A DNA stretch of 64,000 nt from Candidatus Limnocylindrales bacterium (GTDB taxonomy: Bacteria; Chloroflexota; Limnocylindria; Limnocylindrales; CSP1-4). The notes under the pieces were generated by a model. The model saw only the letters and a list, made by a program, of their open reading frames with translations, did not search any database and was not told where the DNA came from. The position numbers and the translations under genes are program-made. The stretch lies in contig JBEKCH010000007.1 of the NCBI GenBank assembly GCA_050014975.1, forward strand, positions 3,785 through 67,784. The letters run 5' to 3'. Shown in pieces: positions 1-9,287 of this stretch (its first letter is position 1; the number at the start of each line of letters is the position of its first letter).

Positions 1-2
1 GG

Positions 3-614
3 GGTCGCTATTCCCATGGCCCGTTTCACGACGACGCGTGGCGATCGGACCTGGACTCGGCTGCTGCCTGGCTGAGCAGTCTTCCGTTTCATGGCCGGAT
101 CGTCGAACTGGCCGCCGGCACCGGCTGGTGGTCGTCCCTCCTCGCAAGGCAGGGCCGGCTGACTCTCTACGACGCTGCGCCGGAACCGCTCGCCAGGGCC
201 CGGGCCCGTTTGGCAGCGGCCGGCCTCACTGCGGACGTGCAGGTCCGCGACGCGTGGGCCGAGCCCGACCGATCGGTCGACGGCCTCTTCGCCGGCTTCT
301 GGATCAGTCACATCGATCGAGGGCGCCTCGACGAGTTCTTCGGGCTGGTTGCCCGCTGGCTCACCCCAGGCGGGCTGTTCGCGTTCATCGACTCGCGCCG
401 GGACCCCGAGTCAGGAGCCCGGGACCATCGGCCACCCGATGACGACGTTCAGGTTCGCCGCCTCGACGGTGGCGCGACCTTCCGCGTCCGGAAGGTCTTC
501 TACGAGCTGGCGGAGCTTGAGTCGGCGTTGCAACGGTCCGGCCTCGGCGAGATCGAACTCGTCACCACCGATCGTTTCTTCGTCCTGGGCTCGGCTCGAC
601 GCCCCGGGACGTAA
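3..614 (+). CDS. class I SAM-dependent methyltransferase, 5' end outside the window
   Basis: The frame of ORF 210..614 stays open back to the window edge. My translation gives ...GRIVELAAGTGWWSSLLARQGRLTLYDAAPE...VDGLFAGFWISHI...LTPGGLFAFID, which is the Rossmann motif I and post-I pattern of SAM methyltransferases. Confidence 0.7.
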   Translation, partial: GRYSHGPFHDDAWRSDLDSAAAWLSSLPFHGRIVELAAGTGWWSSLLARQGRLTLYDAAPEPLARARARLAAAGLTADVQVRDAWAEPDRSVDGLFAGFWISHIDRGRLDEFFGLVARWLTPGGLFAFIDSRRDPESGARDHRPPDDDVQVRRLDGGATFRVRKVFYELAELESALQRSGLGEIELVTTDRFFVLGSARRPGT

Positions 615-644
615 GCCCACCGCCGTGGTCACACCGGCCGGCAG

Positions 645-1067
645 CTAGCGCTGGACGGCCTCGTGCACGCCGACGGCCGCCGGCACGCCCAGAATCTTGC
701 GGGCCAGGTCCTCCTTGTCCACGGACAGCGCCCAGGTTGCCACGCCGTTGGCCCGAGTCAGGACACAGCAACCCTTGAGCTGAACGCCGGCGTGGGAGAG
801 TCGGTCGCTCAGTTCGCCGAAGGCGCAGGGCGTGTCTTCGATCTCCACGGTCAGGCTTGACCCGGCCACGAATGGGTAGCCCATGCTGTGGAGGACTTCC
901 CTCGTATCGTCGTCGCAGCAGTCCGTGAAGATCTCGGCGCAGGTCAGGTCGCCTGCGGTGCTCTGGTGGACCTGCACGATGTTGACGCCGCGCGCACACA
1001 GGGCCTTGGCCAGATGCGCCAGTTCGCCTGGCCGATTGGGCAGTTGAACGACGAATTGTTGGCTCAT
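645..1067 (-). CDS. ACT-domain-like small regulatory protein (tentative)
   Basis: 140 aa. The N-terminus FVVQLPNRPGELAHLAKALCARGVNI resembles the ACT ligand-binding fold, and a second similar half follows. Recognised by eye only. Confidence 0.45.
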   Translation of the reverse strand: MSQQFVVQLPNRPGELAHLAKALCARGVNIVQVHQSTAGDLTCAEIFTDCCDDDTREVLHSMGYPFVAGSSLTVEIEDTPCAFGELSDRLSHAGVQLKGCCVLTRANGVATWALSVDKEDLARKILGVPAAVGVHEAVQR

Positions 1068-1187
1068 GTCTCCCTCCCGACGATCCTGTCAGGCGGTCGG
1101 AGGTACATCCCGGTCGGCAGTCCCCACGATCTGACGCCCGTTGCTCGTGGACGAGGTCGGCGCCGGAGCGCGTGCGGTTGCTTCACC

Positions 1188-1484
1188 TTACCCGATCGCG
1201 CCTCCCTCTTGGCTGGTTCTTTGGGACGGCGTGGCCGGGGCGCGTTCGACGTCCATGGCTGCCAGGCGCACTCCGTCTCCGGGAACCCTCTTGAACACGA
1301 GCTCGGCGTCCTGGGCGCATGTTCCCGCCGAGACCTCGACCCAGGCGAAGCGGAGCGCTTCTTCCGTGTGGTCGTCGTCTTCGCCGAGGAGCAGGTGGAC
1401 GGCAGCGACGCGCGTGACGCCCAGTTCGGTGGCGCGCGCGACCACTTTGTCCAGGGCTGCCTGAGCCAGGGCGACCTGATGCAC
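1188..1484 (-). CDS. HypA-like hydrogenase nickel-insertion protein lacking the zinc-finger domain
   Basis: The MHQVALAQAALDKVV... start resembles the HypA MHE Ni-binding N-terminus. It sits directly downstream of the hydrogenase protease gene. Only one Cys is present in 98 aa and there are no CxxC pairs. Confidence 0.5.
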   Translation of the reverse strand: MHQVALAQAALDKVVARATELGVTRVAAVHLLLGEDDDHTEEALRFAWVEVSAGTCAQDAELVFKRVPGDGVRLAAMDVERAPATPSQRTSQEGGAIG

Positions 1485-1486
1485 CC

Positions 1487-2044
1487 CTACCTCCCCGCGT
1501 CCATCAGTAGCGCAACGACGGCCGAGGCCGCGGCCGGCACGGCGGCCTGCACCGCCGGGGTCAGCTGCTCGCTGAAGACGTCCGTGCTATGGACCTGGAC
1601 GGTGACGGTCTGGATGCTCGCCGGCAGGCTGACGCCGAAACGCCGCCCCAGCGCGAGGGCGGTCACCAGCGAGGCGTCGTGGGCGGAGTCGAGATGGCCG
1701 GCCGCGCGGCAATCCAGCTCCTCGAGCGCGCAAGACCGCACTTCGCCGAGCGGCCGATCCGGGAACTCGGCGGCGTCGATGACGATCGCCACGTCATAGC
1801 CGTCGAGGAACTCCATCAGGCGCAGGCCACCCACTCCGAGCCGCTCGATCTGCACGGCCGGGCAGTCGCCGCCGGCCTGGCGCAGGGCCGAAAGCCGGCC
1901 TTCGACCTCGTCGGCGATGCGCCAGCCCACGCCGTCGTCGCCAAGCACGGGGTTGCCGAGCCCGACGACGATGGTCCGCGGTCGCGAGGCCCCGGACGCG
2001 ACGCCGTCGCCGGCCGGGACGAGCTGGACGATCTGGTCGGCCAC
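1487..2044 (-). CDS. [NiFe] hydrogenase maturation endopeptidase (HyaD/HybD/FrhD family)
   Basis: Contains the GLGNPVLGDDGVGWRIA motif (GxGNxxxxDDGxG). It lies immediately downstream of the large-subunit gene. Confidence 0.85.
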   Translation of the reverse strand: MADQIVQLVPAGDGVASGASRPRTIVVGLGNPVLGDDGVGWRIADEVEGRLSALRQAGGDCPAVQIERLGVGGLRLMEFLDGYDVAIVIDAAEFPDRPLGEVRSCALEELDCRAAGHLDSAHDASLVTALALGRRFGVSLPASIQTVTVQVHSTDVFSEQLTPAVQAAVPAAASAVVALLMDAGR

Positions 2045-2056
2045 GCCGGCCTCCGA

Positions 2057-3541
2057 TCAGCAGTTCTGGGAGAGAACCTCGATCACCTCGCCGTCCGAGT
2101 CGCGGATGGCGACCGCCAGGGGCATCTCTCCGGGCAGTGAATGGGTGGCGCAGCCGAAGCACGGGTCGTACAGCCGGAAGGCCATCTCGACGCGGTTCAG
2201 CAGACCCTGGTGAACGACGCCCTTGTGGATCAGGCTCTGTGCGGCCTTCTTGACCGACATCGCCATCGGCGCGTAGTTGTTCGTGGTTCCGACGAGGAGG
2301 TTCACTGCGGTCAGCACACCGCGCTCGTCCGTCCAGTAATGGTGGGTCAGGGTGCCTCGCGGGGCTTCGACCGTGCCGACGCCCTCGGTGGGCTTCTCCG
2401 TCGGCAGAATCCGCACGTTGGGCGAGGTGATCTCGGGATCGGTCGCCAGCTCGACCATGTGCTCGGCCGCGTAGAGCAGCTCGATCAGGCGAGCCCAGTG
2501 CGTCGCCAGGCGGTGATGGACGAGGCGCTTCCCGCCCGACTCCGGCGTTGGGGCCAGGGTGTCGTAGAAGCGCTCGTAGGCGGCCTGGGCCAGCGGCGTG
2601 GCCATGCCCTCGGCGACGTTGAGACGCGACAGCGGAGTGGCGCAGTACACGCCCGAGTCGGCGCCGTCGACGAAGCCCTTCCAGCCGACCTTCTTCAGAT
2701 ACGGGAACTTGAGGTACGTCCAGGGTTCGACGTGCTCGGCGATCCAGTCGCGGTATTCGGCCGGGGCGTAGGTGCCGACGCGCTCGCCGTCGGGCGACAT
2801 GATGCTGACCCGGCCGTCGTAGAAGTTGACCTTGTTGTTCGGGTCCACCAGGCCCATGTAGTAGGTCCGGTGGGTGTAACCGTCGGAGAGGACCATCTCC
2901 TTGTAGGCGTCGTTGCCCAGGACGATCCGATCGAAGATGCCGAGGCTGAACTGGGCGAACTCGATAGACCAGCGGCCGATCTTCTCGATCTCGGCACGCC
3001 GCTCCTCCGTGATGCCGCGGGTCATGCCGCCGGGCACGGCGGCAGCCGGGTGGATCTTGCGGCCGCCGATCATCTCGATGACGTTGTGGCCTTGCTTGCG
3101 CGCCTGGATGACCTGGCCGCCGACCTCCATGCCGACCTTGGCCAGGACGCCCAGGATGTTGCGCTCGGCCGCCGGGGCGTCCGGTCCGACCACGAAGTCG
3201 GGGCCGCCCAGGGCGTAGAAGTGAGTGGTGTGGTCGGTCACATAGAAGGCGCTGTAGAGCAGCTCCCGAAGGAGCTTGGCCGCTCGCGGCGGGTCGACGT
3301 GGTAGACCGCGTCGGCGGCCTTGGCGGCGGCCATGTGGTGAGCTTCCGGGCAGACGCCGCAGATGCGGTTGGTCAGCGTCGGCATCTCCTCGACGGGGCG
3401 ACCGACGCAGAACCGCTCGAAGCCGCGCAGCTCCGGGATCTGGAAGTAGGCGTTGGCGACCTCGCCGTCCGGATCGAGGAAGATCTCGATCTTGCCGTGG
3501 CCCTCGAGCCTGGTGACGGGGTCGATGGTGATTCGTTCCAT
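2057..3541 (-). CDS. mvhA: [NiFe] hydrogenase large subunit, group 3c / MvhA-like
   Basis: Has RLEGHGKI, the RICGVCPEAHH N-terminal Ni-Fe ligand motif and the C-terminal DPCFGCATH motif followed by a 27-aa cleavable tail. The internal ATG at 3541 (MERITIDP) was chosen because the upstream part of the 814-aa ORF is an out-of-frame read-through over the small-subunit gene. Confidence 0.9.
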   Translation of the reverse strand: MERITIDPVTRLEGHGKIEIFLDPDGEVANAYFQIPELRGFERFCVGRPVEEMPTLTNRICGVCPEAHHMAAAKAADAVYHVDPPRAAKLLRELLYSAFYVTDHTTHFYALGGPDFVVGPDAPAAERNILGVLAKVGMEVGGQVIQARKQGHNVIEMIGGRKIHPAAAVPGGMTRGITEERRAEIEKIGRWSIEFAQFSLGIFDRIVLGNDAYKEMVLSDGYTHRTYYMGLVDPNNKVNFYDGRVSIMSPDGERVGTYAPAEYRDWIAEHVEPWTYLKFPYLKKVGWKGFVDGADSGVYCATPLSRLNVAEGMATPLAQAAYERFYDTLAPTPESGGKRLVHHRLATHWARLIELLYAAEHMVELATDPEITSPNVRILPTEKPTEGVGTVEAPRGTLTHHYWTDERGVLTAVNLLVGTTNNYAPMAMSVKKAAQSLIHKGVVHQGLLNRVEMAFRLYDPCFGCATHSLPGEMPLAVAIRDSDGEVIEVLSQNC

Positions 3542-3543
3542 GC

Positions 3544-4590
3544 TCACTTCTCCCCGTCGCTGTTCCAGGCCGCCCTGGAGCTGCGGAGCAGCGAACCGGC
3601 CAGGCTGAAGCGGTAGAACTGGCCGGCAGGATCGACGATCCCGTCGAGTACCCTGTCGATCTCCTCGGGCTTGGTCGCCTCTACGATCGACGCATATGCC
3701 GAGATCAGCCGGGCGCCGTAGTCCACGACGCCCTCGGCCGCGCCGTAGCAGCCGATGCACGGCGCACCGACGGCCGGGCAGAGCGCGCCGCAACCGTCGC
3801 GGGTGGCGGGGCCGTTGCAGGGCAGCCCCTGCTCGAGCAGGCAGATCTCCGGGTCGAACTGGGCGACCTGCTGGATGCGGACGAAGCGGTCGATCTTCTT
3901 GACGTCGCGCTTGCGGGCGCACTCGTCGCAGACGGTGGACTCGCCGGCGCCGAGGATCGAGCCCTTGGGCGGCAGCGGGCCGGTGCCGTTGAGCGCGGCC
4001 ACGACCGCCTGCAGGGCGGCCCAGATCTGCTTGGACTCGGGCGGGCAGCCGGGGATCGTGTAGTCCACGTCCACGACTTGGTCCAGGGTCCGGAGCATCG
4101 GCTCGAACTCGGGCAGGTGCAGGACGCCTTCGGGGGCCTGATACTCCCAGATCGGCCGGATACCGTCGGGGTTGTCCGTGCTGACCGTGGAGAAGGCCGT
4201 GTCGATGATCTCCTTGCGGCTCGACAGGTTCGCCAGGCCGGGGATGCAGCCCTCGCTCGCGCACGAGCCGAAGGCCACCATGAACTTGGACTTGCGGCGC
4301 AGGAGCCTGGCGAGGTGGACTGTCTCGTCGGTCCTCATGCTCCCGTTGACGAGGGTGACGGTGATCTCGCCGTCCGCCATGGCCTCGATGTCGGCGTACT
4401 TGCCGTCCATGATCGTCGGCCACAGGACGATGTCGAAGGCGGCGGCCACTTCGAGGATGTGCTCGTGGATGTTGACGATGGCCACGTCGCAACCGCCGCA
4501 CGAGGCGGCGCCGAAGATAGCGAGCTTGGGCTTGGCGCGGGACTTCGCGGCGGCCTTCGCCGCGCCGTTAGACCTGGCGGTCGGGCTCAT
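3544..4590 (-). CDS. mvhG: [NiFe] hydrogenase small subunit, MvhG-like
   Basis: Has the FGAASCGGCDVAI proximal-cluster motif and Cys-rich medial and distal cluster regions (CDECARKR, CNGPATRDGCGALCP, GAPCIGC). It overlaps mvhD by 4 nt. Confidence 0.85.
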   Translation of the reverse strand: MSPTARSNGAAKAAAKSRAKPKLAIFGAASCGGCDVAIVNIHEHILEVAAAFDIVLWPTIMDGKYADIEAMADGEITVTLVNGSMRTDETVHLARLLRRKSKFMVAFGSCASEGCIPGLANLSSRKEIIDTAFSTVSTDNPDGIRPIWEYQAPEGVLHLPEFEPMLRTLDQVVDVDYTIPGCPPESKQIWAALQAVVAALNGTGPLPPKGSILGAGESTVCDECARKRDVKKIDRFVRIQQVAQFDPEICLLEQGLPCNGPATRDGCGALCPAVGAPCIGCYGAAEGVVDYGARLISAYASIVEATKPEEIDRVLDGIVDPAGQFYRFSLAGSLLRSSRAAWNSDGEK

Positions 4591-5174
4591 TGGGCCACCT
4601 CCGCCTCGTGCTCCGGGTCGACTCCGTCCGGCATCGCGGGTGGCCCCCCGGCGTCACCGCCGGTTGCCTCCCAGGCCGCGTCCAGGTTCACGCTGTCGAT
4701 GTCGACGATGTTTCCCGCCGGCCAGTTGAGCGGTCCGAGGGCGCGCACCTCTTCGGTCACGCGGGCGATCTCGCTGGCCAGGCGCACGCCTTCGGCAGCG
4801 CTGGCCCAGACGAGCTGAAGGCGCGCCGGCTCGATGCCGAGCGCCTCGATCGTCCGCTGCAGCAGCTGGAAGCGTCGCAGGGCCTTGTAGTTCTGCTCGA
4901 TGTAGTGGCATTCGCCCGGATGGCAGCCGGTGACCAGGACCGCATCGGCGCCCTCGGCGTAGGCCTTGAGCACGAACGTCGGATCGAGGCGGCCCGAACA
5001 CATCAGCCTGATCAGGCGGACGTTGGGCGGGTACTTCGTTCGCGCCGTGCCCGCCAGGTCGGCCGCTCGGTAGCTGCACCAGTTGCAGGTGAAGCCGATG
5101 ATCACCGGCTCGAAGGTGGCGGCCGAAGCCGCGCCCTGCGCGAGGGCGGGTGCGACGGGTGCCTGCGCGCTCAT
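4587..5174 (-). CDS. mvhD: methyl-viologen-reducing hydrogenase delta subunit (MvhD-like)
   Basis: Has the FTCNWCSY, LMCSGR and TGCHPGECHY motifs typical of MvhD. It has 4-nt overlaps with both neighbours. Confidence 0.85.
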   Translation of the reverse strand: MSAQAPVAPALAQGAASAATFEPVIIGFTCNWCSYRAADLAGTARTKYPPNVRLIRLMCSGRLDPTFVLKAYAEGADAVLVTGCHPGECHYIEQNYKALRRFQLLQRTIEALGIEPARLQLVWASAAEGVRLASEIARVTEEVRALGPLNWPAGNIVDIDSVNLDAAWEATGGDAGGPPAMPDGVDPEHEAEVAQ

Positions 5175-7258
5175 GCTCGCACCGCCTCCTCGATCGCTTC
5201 ATGGCGGGTTACCGGATAGGCGGTCCGCTCGAGTGGCGCTCCGCTGGCTCCGATTCGGAGCAGACCTTCGATCTGCGCGAGGACCTGCTCGTCGCTGAAG
5301 CCGCTGCCGGAGATCGCTCCGGCGGGGCAGGCCGCGACACAGGTGCCGCAGCCCTGGCACATCGCCGCGTTGATGCTCGAAACGCCCTTGACGTCATCGA
5401 AGCTGATGGCGTTGTAGGGGCACATGGTGTTGCAGATCCGGCACCCGGAGCAGTGCTCGGCGTGAACCGTGGCCTTGATCGGCTCGAGGTTCATCTGCTT
5501 CTGCTGGATCCGGCCGAGGACTCGAGCGGCTGCCGCCGCGCCCTGCGCGACCGACGCCGGGATGTCCTTGGGGCCGCTGACGCAGCCAGCGACGAAGACG
5601 CCCTCGGTCATGGTCGCGACCGGATCGAGCTTGGGGTGCTTCTCGATGGCCCAGCCGTCGAAGCTGCACGAGATGCCGAACCGGACGGCCAGCTCCTTGG
5701 CATCGGCGCGGGGCTCCAGCCCGGACGACAGGATGACCATGTCGACCGGGAAGCGGCGCTGCTGACCGACGAGGGTGTCCTCGACCTGGAGGATGAGCTT
5801 GCCTTCCTCCTCCGGCGTTCGGGCCACGTCCGTGATCTCGGCCGGCTTGCCGCGAACGAAGATGCCGCCCTCCTCGAGGATCCGCTGGTAGAACTCGTCG
5901 TAGCCCTTACCGGCCGTCCGCATGTCGATGTAGAACTCGTAAATCGTCGCCTCGGTGTGCTCTCTGACCAGGTGAGCGAACTTGAGGCTCTGCATGCAGC
6001 AGATCGCGGAGCAGTAGCTGTTGTAGTTCTTGTCGCGGCTGCCGACGCAGTGGACGATCGCCACCGACTTGGGCTCGGTGACGCCGTCACGGAGGACGAT
6101 GTGGCCGTTCGTGGGACCGGCCGAGTTGGACAGCCGCTCGAACTCGAGGCTGGTGAAGACGTTCGGCAGGCGGCCGTAGCCGTACTGCTGCATCCTGCGA
6201 GCGTCGAAGAGGTCGTAGCCGGTGGCCAGGATGATGTTGCCGACCTGCAGGGTCAGGATCTTGTCTTCCTGGGTAAAGTCGATGGCGTCCGACTCGCAGA
6301 ATATCTCGCAGGCCTTGCAGGTGCCCCTCTCGAAGTACGTGCAGTTCGGCCGGTCGAGGACGGGCGTCCGCGGGACGGCCTGGTCGAACGGCGTGTAGAT
6401 CGCCTTCCGATACCCCAGGCCGGCCTCGAAGACTTCGTCGAGGACTTTCTTGGGGCACTTCTCCTGGCACACGCCGCAGCCGTTGCAGGCGTCCTCATCT
6501 ACGTAGCGGGCCTTCTTGCGGACCGTGACGGTGAAGTTGCCGACGAAGCCCTCGACTTTCTCGACCTCGCTCCAGGTCAGGAGCTCGACGTTGGGATGCG
6601 TGCCCGCGGTGACCATCTTGGGGGTCAGGATGCAGGCCGCGCAGTCGAGGGTCGGGAACGTCTTGTCGAACTGGGCCATGTGGCCGCCGATCGACGGCTC
6701 CTTCTCGACGAGATAGACCTTGAAGCCGGCGTCGGCCAGCTCGAGAGTGGCGCTGATGCCGGCGATGCCGCCGCCCACGACCAGCGTGGCGGGGTTGATG
6801 TCGACCGTCACCGGCACGAGCGGCTCGTTGCGGCGGACCCGCTCCACGCCGCCGGCCAGGATGGCCTTGGCCTTGGCGGTGGCTGCGGCCTTGTCCGTGG
6901 TGACCCACGAGTCCTGCTCGCGGATCGAGACCAGCTCGCACAGGTACGGGTTCAGGCCGCCGCGGGCGGTGGCCGTGCGGAAGGTGTTTTCGTGGAGGTG
7001 CGGGGAGCAGGCGGCGACCACGATGCGGTTGAGGCCGAGATTCTTGATGTCGTCGGTCACGAGCTCCTGGCCGGGGCTGGAGCACATGAACTTGTAGTCG
7101 CGGGCGACGACCACGCCCTGGTCGCGCAGGTTCTCGGCCGCCCATCGGGTGACCTCGGGCACGTCGACCACGCCCGCGATGTTGCTGCCGCAGTGGCAGA
7201 CGTAGACGCCGATCCGGACTTCGCCCTCGACCGGCAGGTGGCTGTGCTCGGCGGTCAT
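5171..7258 (-). CDS. hdrA: heterodisulfide reductase subunit A-like flavoprotein (HdrA)
   Basis: Has RIGVYVCHCGSNIAG, the FAD-binding VVGGGIAGISA motif and several CxxCxxCxxxCP ferredoxin motifs (CNGCGVCQEKCP, CSGCRICNTMCP, CQGCGTCVAACP). Confidence 0.9.
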   Translation of the reverse strand: MTAEHSHLPVEGEVRIGVYVCHCGSNIAGVVDVPEVTRWAAENLRDQGVVVARDYKFMCSSPGQELVTDDIKNLGLNRIVVAACSPHLHENTFRTATARGGLNPYLCELVSIREQDSWVTTDKAAATAKAKAILAGGVERVRRNEPLVPVTVDINPATLVVGGGIAGISATLELADAGFKVYLVEKEPSIGGHMAQFDKTFPTLDCAACILTPKMVTAGTHPNVELLTWSEVEKVEGFVGNFTVTVRKKARYVDEDACNGCGVCQEKCPKKVLDEVFEAGLGYRKAIYTPFDQAVPRTPVLDRPNCTYFERGTCKACEIFCESDAIDFTQEDKILTLQVGNIILATGYDLFDARRMQQYGYGRLPNVFTSLEFERLSNSAGPTNGHIVLRDGVTEPKSVAIVHCVGSRDKNYNSYCSAICCMQSLKFAHLVREHTEATIYEFYIDMRTAGKGYDEFYQRILEEGGIFVRGKPAEITDVARTPEEEGKLILQVEDTLVGQQRRFPVDMVILSSGLEPRADAKELAVRFGISCSFDGWAIEKHPKLDPVATMTEGVFVAGCVSGPKDIPASVAQGAAAAARVLGRIQQKQMNLEPIKATVHAEHCSGCRICNTMCPYNAISFDDVKGVSSINAAMCQGCGTCVAACPAGAISGSGFSDEQVLAQIEGLLRIGASGAPLERTAYPVTRHEAIEEAVRA

Positions 7259-8259
7259 TTCTCAACCTCGCTGTCGGCCATCCGCGGCATGGGCAGAGCC
7301 CGCTTGTCGGGCCTCGGCCTGCGCGCGACTGGAGCGGCTCCGGCGGCCGCGAGTGCCAATTCGGGCGCTGCCTTGAGAGCCTTCGCCAGGGTCTTGCTGG
7401 CGTTGGTGTACTCGCGACCCACGCCCACCTTCTTGGGCTCGATGCCGAACGCCACTCCCATGAGCTGCGTGAAGAACACGATCGGCATCTTGTAGTGGGT
7501 GTGGAACATGGCGTTCATCTCGCCCTGGTAGGCGTCGATGTTGATCTGGCACATCGGGCAGACCGTGACCATCATCACGGCCTCGCGCCGCTCGGCCTCC
7601 GCCACCAGGCGACGGATCAGCTCCAGCCCAACCCTGGGGGCGATCTGGGTCATGTGCCCGCCGCAGCACTCGGTCTTGAGCGGGTAGTCCACGACCTCCG
7701 CGCCGAGCGCTCGAAGCAGGCGGTCGAGATCGTTCGGCTGCTCGTGGTTGGTGTAGGCGCCGTCAACGTCCGGGCGCGGGACCATGCAGCCCAGATAGGG
7801 CGCCACCTTGAGGCCCGTCAGCGGCTTTTTGACCGCCGCCTTGACCTTGTCCAGGCCGACGTCGTTGAGGATTACTTCGAGCAGGTGGCGGACCTTGACG
7901 GTGCCCGGGTCGTAGTGCAGCCCGCCGGCGCCGAGCGCGTCGTTGACGCGGGCGTTGAGCGCGGGCTGCTGGGCCATGTAGTGGTCCGCCTTGGCCAGGT
8001 TGAGGTAGCAGGCGCTGCATGCGGCGACGAGGGGCTCGGTGCCCTTCTTCTCGGCGGCGGCGATGGCCAGGTTGCGGGCGATCATCGCGTACGCCGGGGT
8101 CGTGCTCAGGCTGACGTACTCGGTGGCGCCGCAGCAGTTCCAGTCGTCGATCTCTTCGAAGGTGATCCCGAGGGGCTCGCAGATCCCTTCGAGGGACTCG
8201 CGATAGGAGCGACCGCTGCCCTCCATGGAGCAGCCCGGGTAGTAGAGGTAGTTGGTCAT
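7255..8259 (-). CDS. hdrB: heterodisulfide reductase subunit B-like (CCG-domain protein)
   Basis: Starts MTNYLYYPGCS and carries two CCG-type motifs (NCCGATEY and ECCGGH). The internal ATG at 8259 overlaps the hdrC stop (ATGA). The upstream part of the 451-aa ORF is low-complexity. Confidence 0.85.
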   Translation of the reverse strand: MTNYLYYPGCSMEGSGRSYRESLEGICEPLGITFEEIDDWNCCGATEYVSLSTTPAYAMIARNLAIAAAEKKGTEPLVAACSACYLNLAKADHYMAQQPALNARVNDALGAGGLHYDPGTVKVRHLLEVILNDVGLDKVKAAVKKPLTGLKVAPYLGCMVPRPDVDGAYTNHEQPNDLDRLLRALGAEVVDYPLKTECCGGHMTQIAPRVGLELIRRLVAEAERREAVMMVTVCPMCQINIDAYQGEMNAMFHTHYKMPIVFFTQLMGVAFGIEPKKVGVGREYTNASKTLAKALKAAPELALAAAGAAPVARRPRPDKRALPMPRMADSEVEK

Positions 8260-8843
8260 CGGGCTCGCTCCAGCTCGTCGGCGCGCCGCAGGATCGCCTG
8301 CAGCTGCTTCTTCTGGTGGATCTGGTGAGGCAGGATGCCGATCCGACCATGACGGAACAGGCCCAGGGCCATCGGTGTCATGCGTGGCAGCCGTGGGATG
8401 AAGTGGCGCAGGTAGTGCCGCGCCGTCAGGCCCATCTCCCAGCTGCGACCGAAGTGCCTGGCCTGGCCGATGAAGACACCGGTGAAGTCCGGGCCGACGT
8501 TGTTGGGATAGGTGTGCTCCTCCTCGGCCATGACCTTGAGGGCGTACATCACATCGGTGATGAGAATGTCCTGAGGGCAGCGAACCACGCAGTGGTAGCA
8601 CGAGAGGCACATCCAGGGCGTGTTGCTGCGCAGAACCTCGTCACGCTTGCCGGCGCGGATAAGCGCGAACAGCCTGCGCGGCGTGTGATCCATGGCATCC
8701 GCGGAGGGACACGAGCCTCCGCAGGAGCCGCACTGGATGCACATCTCCAGGCGCGAGACGCCTGCCGTCTTCGCGCGCACCTCCGCGAGGAAGCGAGCGC
8801 CCGGGTCCGCTACCTCGGGGGATGAGACCTGAGCCACGACCAT
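8256..8843 (-). CDS. hdrC: heterodisulfide reductase subunit C-like (2x[4Fe-4S])
   Basis: Has the CIQCGSCGGSCP and CLSCYHCVVRCP motifs. An AAAGGGG Shine-Dalgarno-like element lies upstream on the minus strand. Confidence 0.85.
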   Translation of the reverse strand: MVVAQVSSPEVADPGARFLAEVRAKTAGVSRLEMCIQCGSCGGSCPSADAMDHTPRRLFALIRAGKRDEVLRSNTPWMCLSCYHCVVRCPQDILITDVMYALKVMAEEEHTYPNNVGPDFTGVFIGQARHFGRSWEMGLTARHYLRHFIPRLPRMTPMALGLFRHGRIGILPHQIHQKKQLQAILRRADELERAR

Positions 8844-9287
8844 CCAATCGCCCCTTTGGTTACCGGTCTTGCCCTGAAGGGTCCGGCCCCGGTCGCGCGC
8901 CGCGGCGGACGTTCGCGCCTACCTCTTGCGCGAGCGTCCGCTGACAGCGGAACCGTTGAGCCACCTCCGTCCAGGACCTGGCCGGGGTTGCAAGATATGT
9001 AGTGGGCACGCCACTGCGCTCGGGCTGGGAGCGCTCCGGGCCGGGCTTCGGCGGCAACGGACCGAGGACCGACATTGCAAGCCGCGAGAGGCGGCACCTA
9101 TCTGTTGCCCTATCCGTATTCTCGGAAGGCATATGGGGTGCCGATAGGGCCGCATGACCCGGCCCATCGGGGGCCAACCCGCCCGCGTTCTCGGGCTCTT
9201 GGGGCCGGGATTGTGGGCTCCGGCACGACCTCAACGAGGGGGGACAGGGCCTTCCGGACCCGGCGGACGATCGGGCCGCGGGCGACC

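Noticed and set aside
2057-4501. N-terminal extensions of track ORFs, which would make giant proteins. These are the 814-aa hydrogenase ORF, 451-aa hdrB, 862-aa leuC, 972-aa GH3, 905-aa cimA, 577-aa psuG, 577-aa FGGY kinase, 508-aa isochorismatase and 414-aa ilvN.
   Set aside because: The extensions are low-complexity, overlap the neighbouring real gene in another frame, and family homology begins at an internal start codon. That codon is often coupled to the upstream stop (ATGA).
5150-7495. Very long ORFs on the opposite strand or out of frame relative to well-supported genes. Examples: 5150..7495, 11188..13191, 16276..17199, 20228..21559, 23914..25443, 27314..28975, 30018..32033, 40445..42484, 46761..48596, 8860..10170 and 35284..36612.
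   Set aside because: Their translations are Arg/Ala/Gly/Pro/Asp-rich low-complexity strings with no recognisable motifs. Nearly all overlap ORFs with strong family signatures; 8860..10170 lies partly over the M20 peptidase gene and otherwise in non-coding DNA. Stop-free shadow frames are expected in DNA this G+C-rich.
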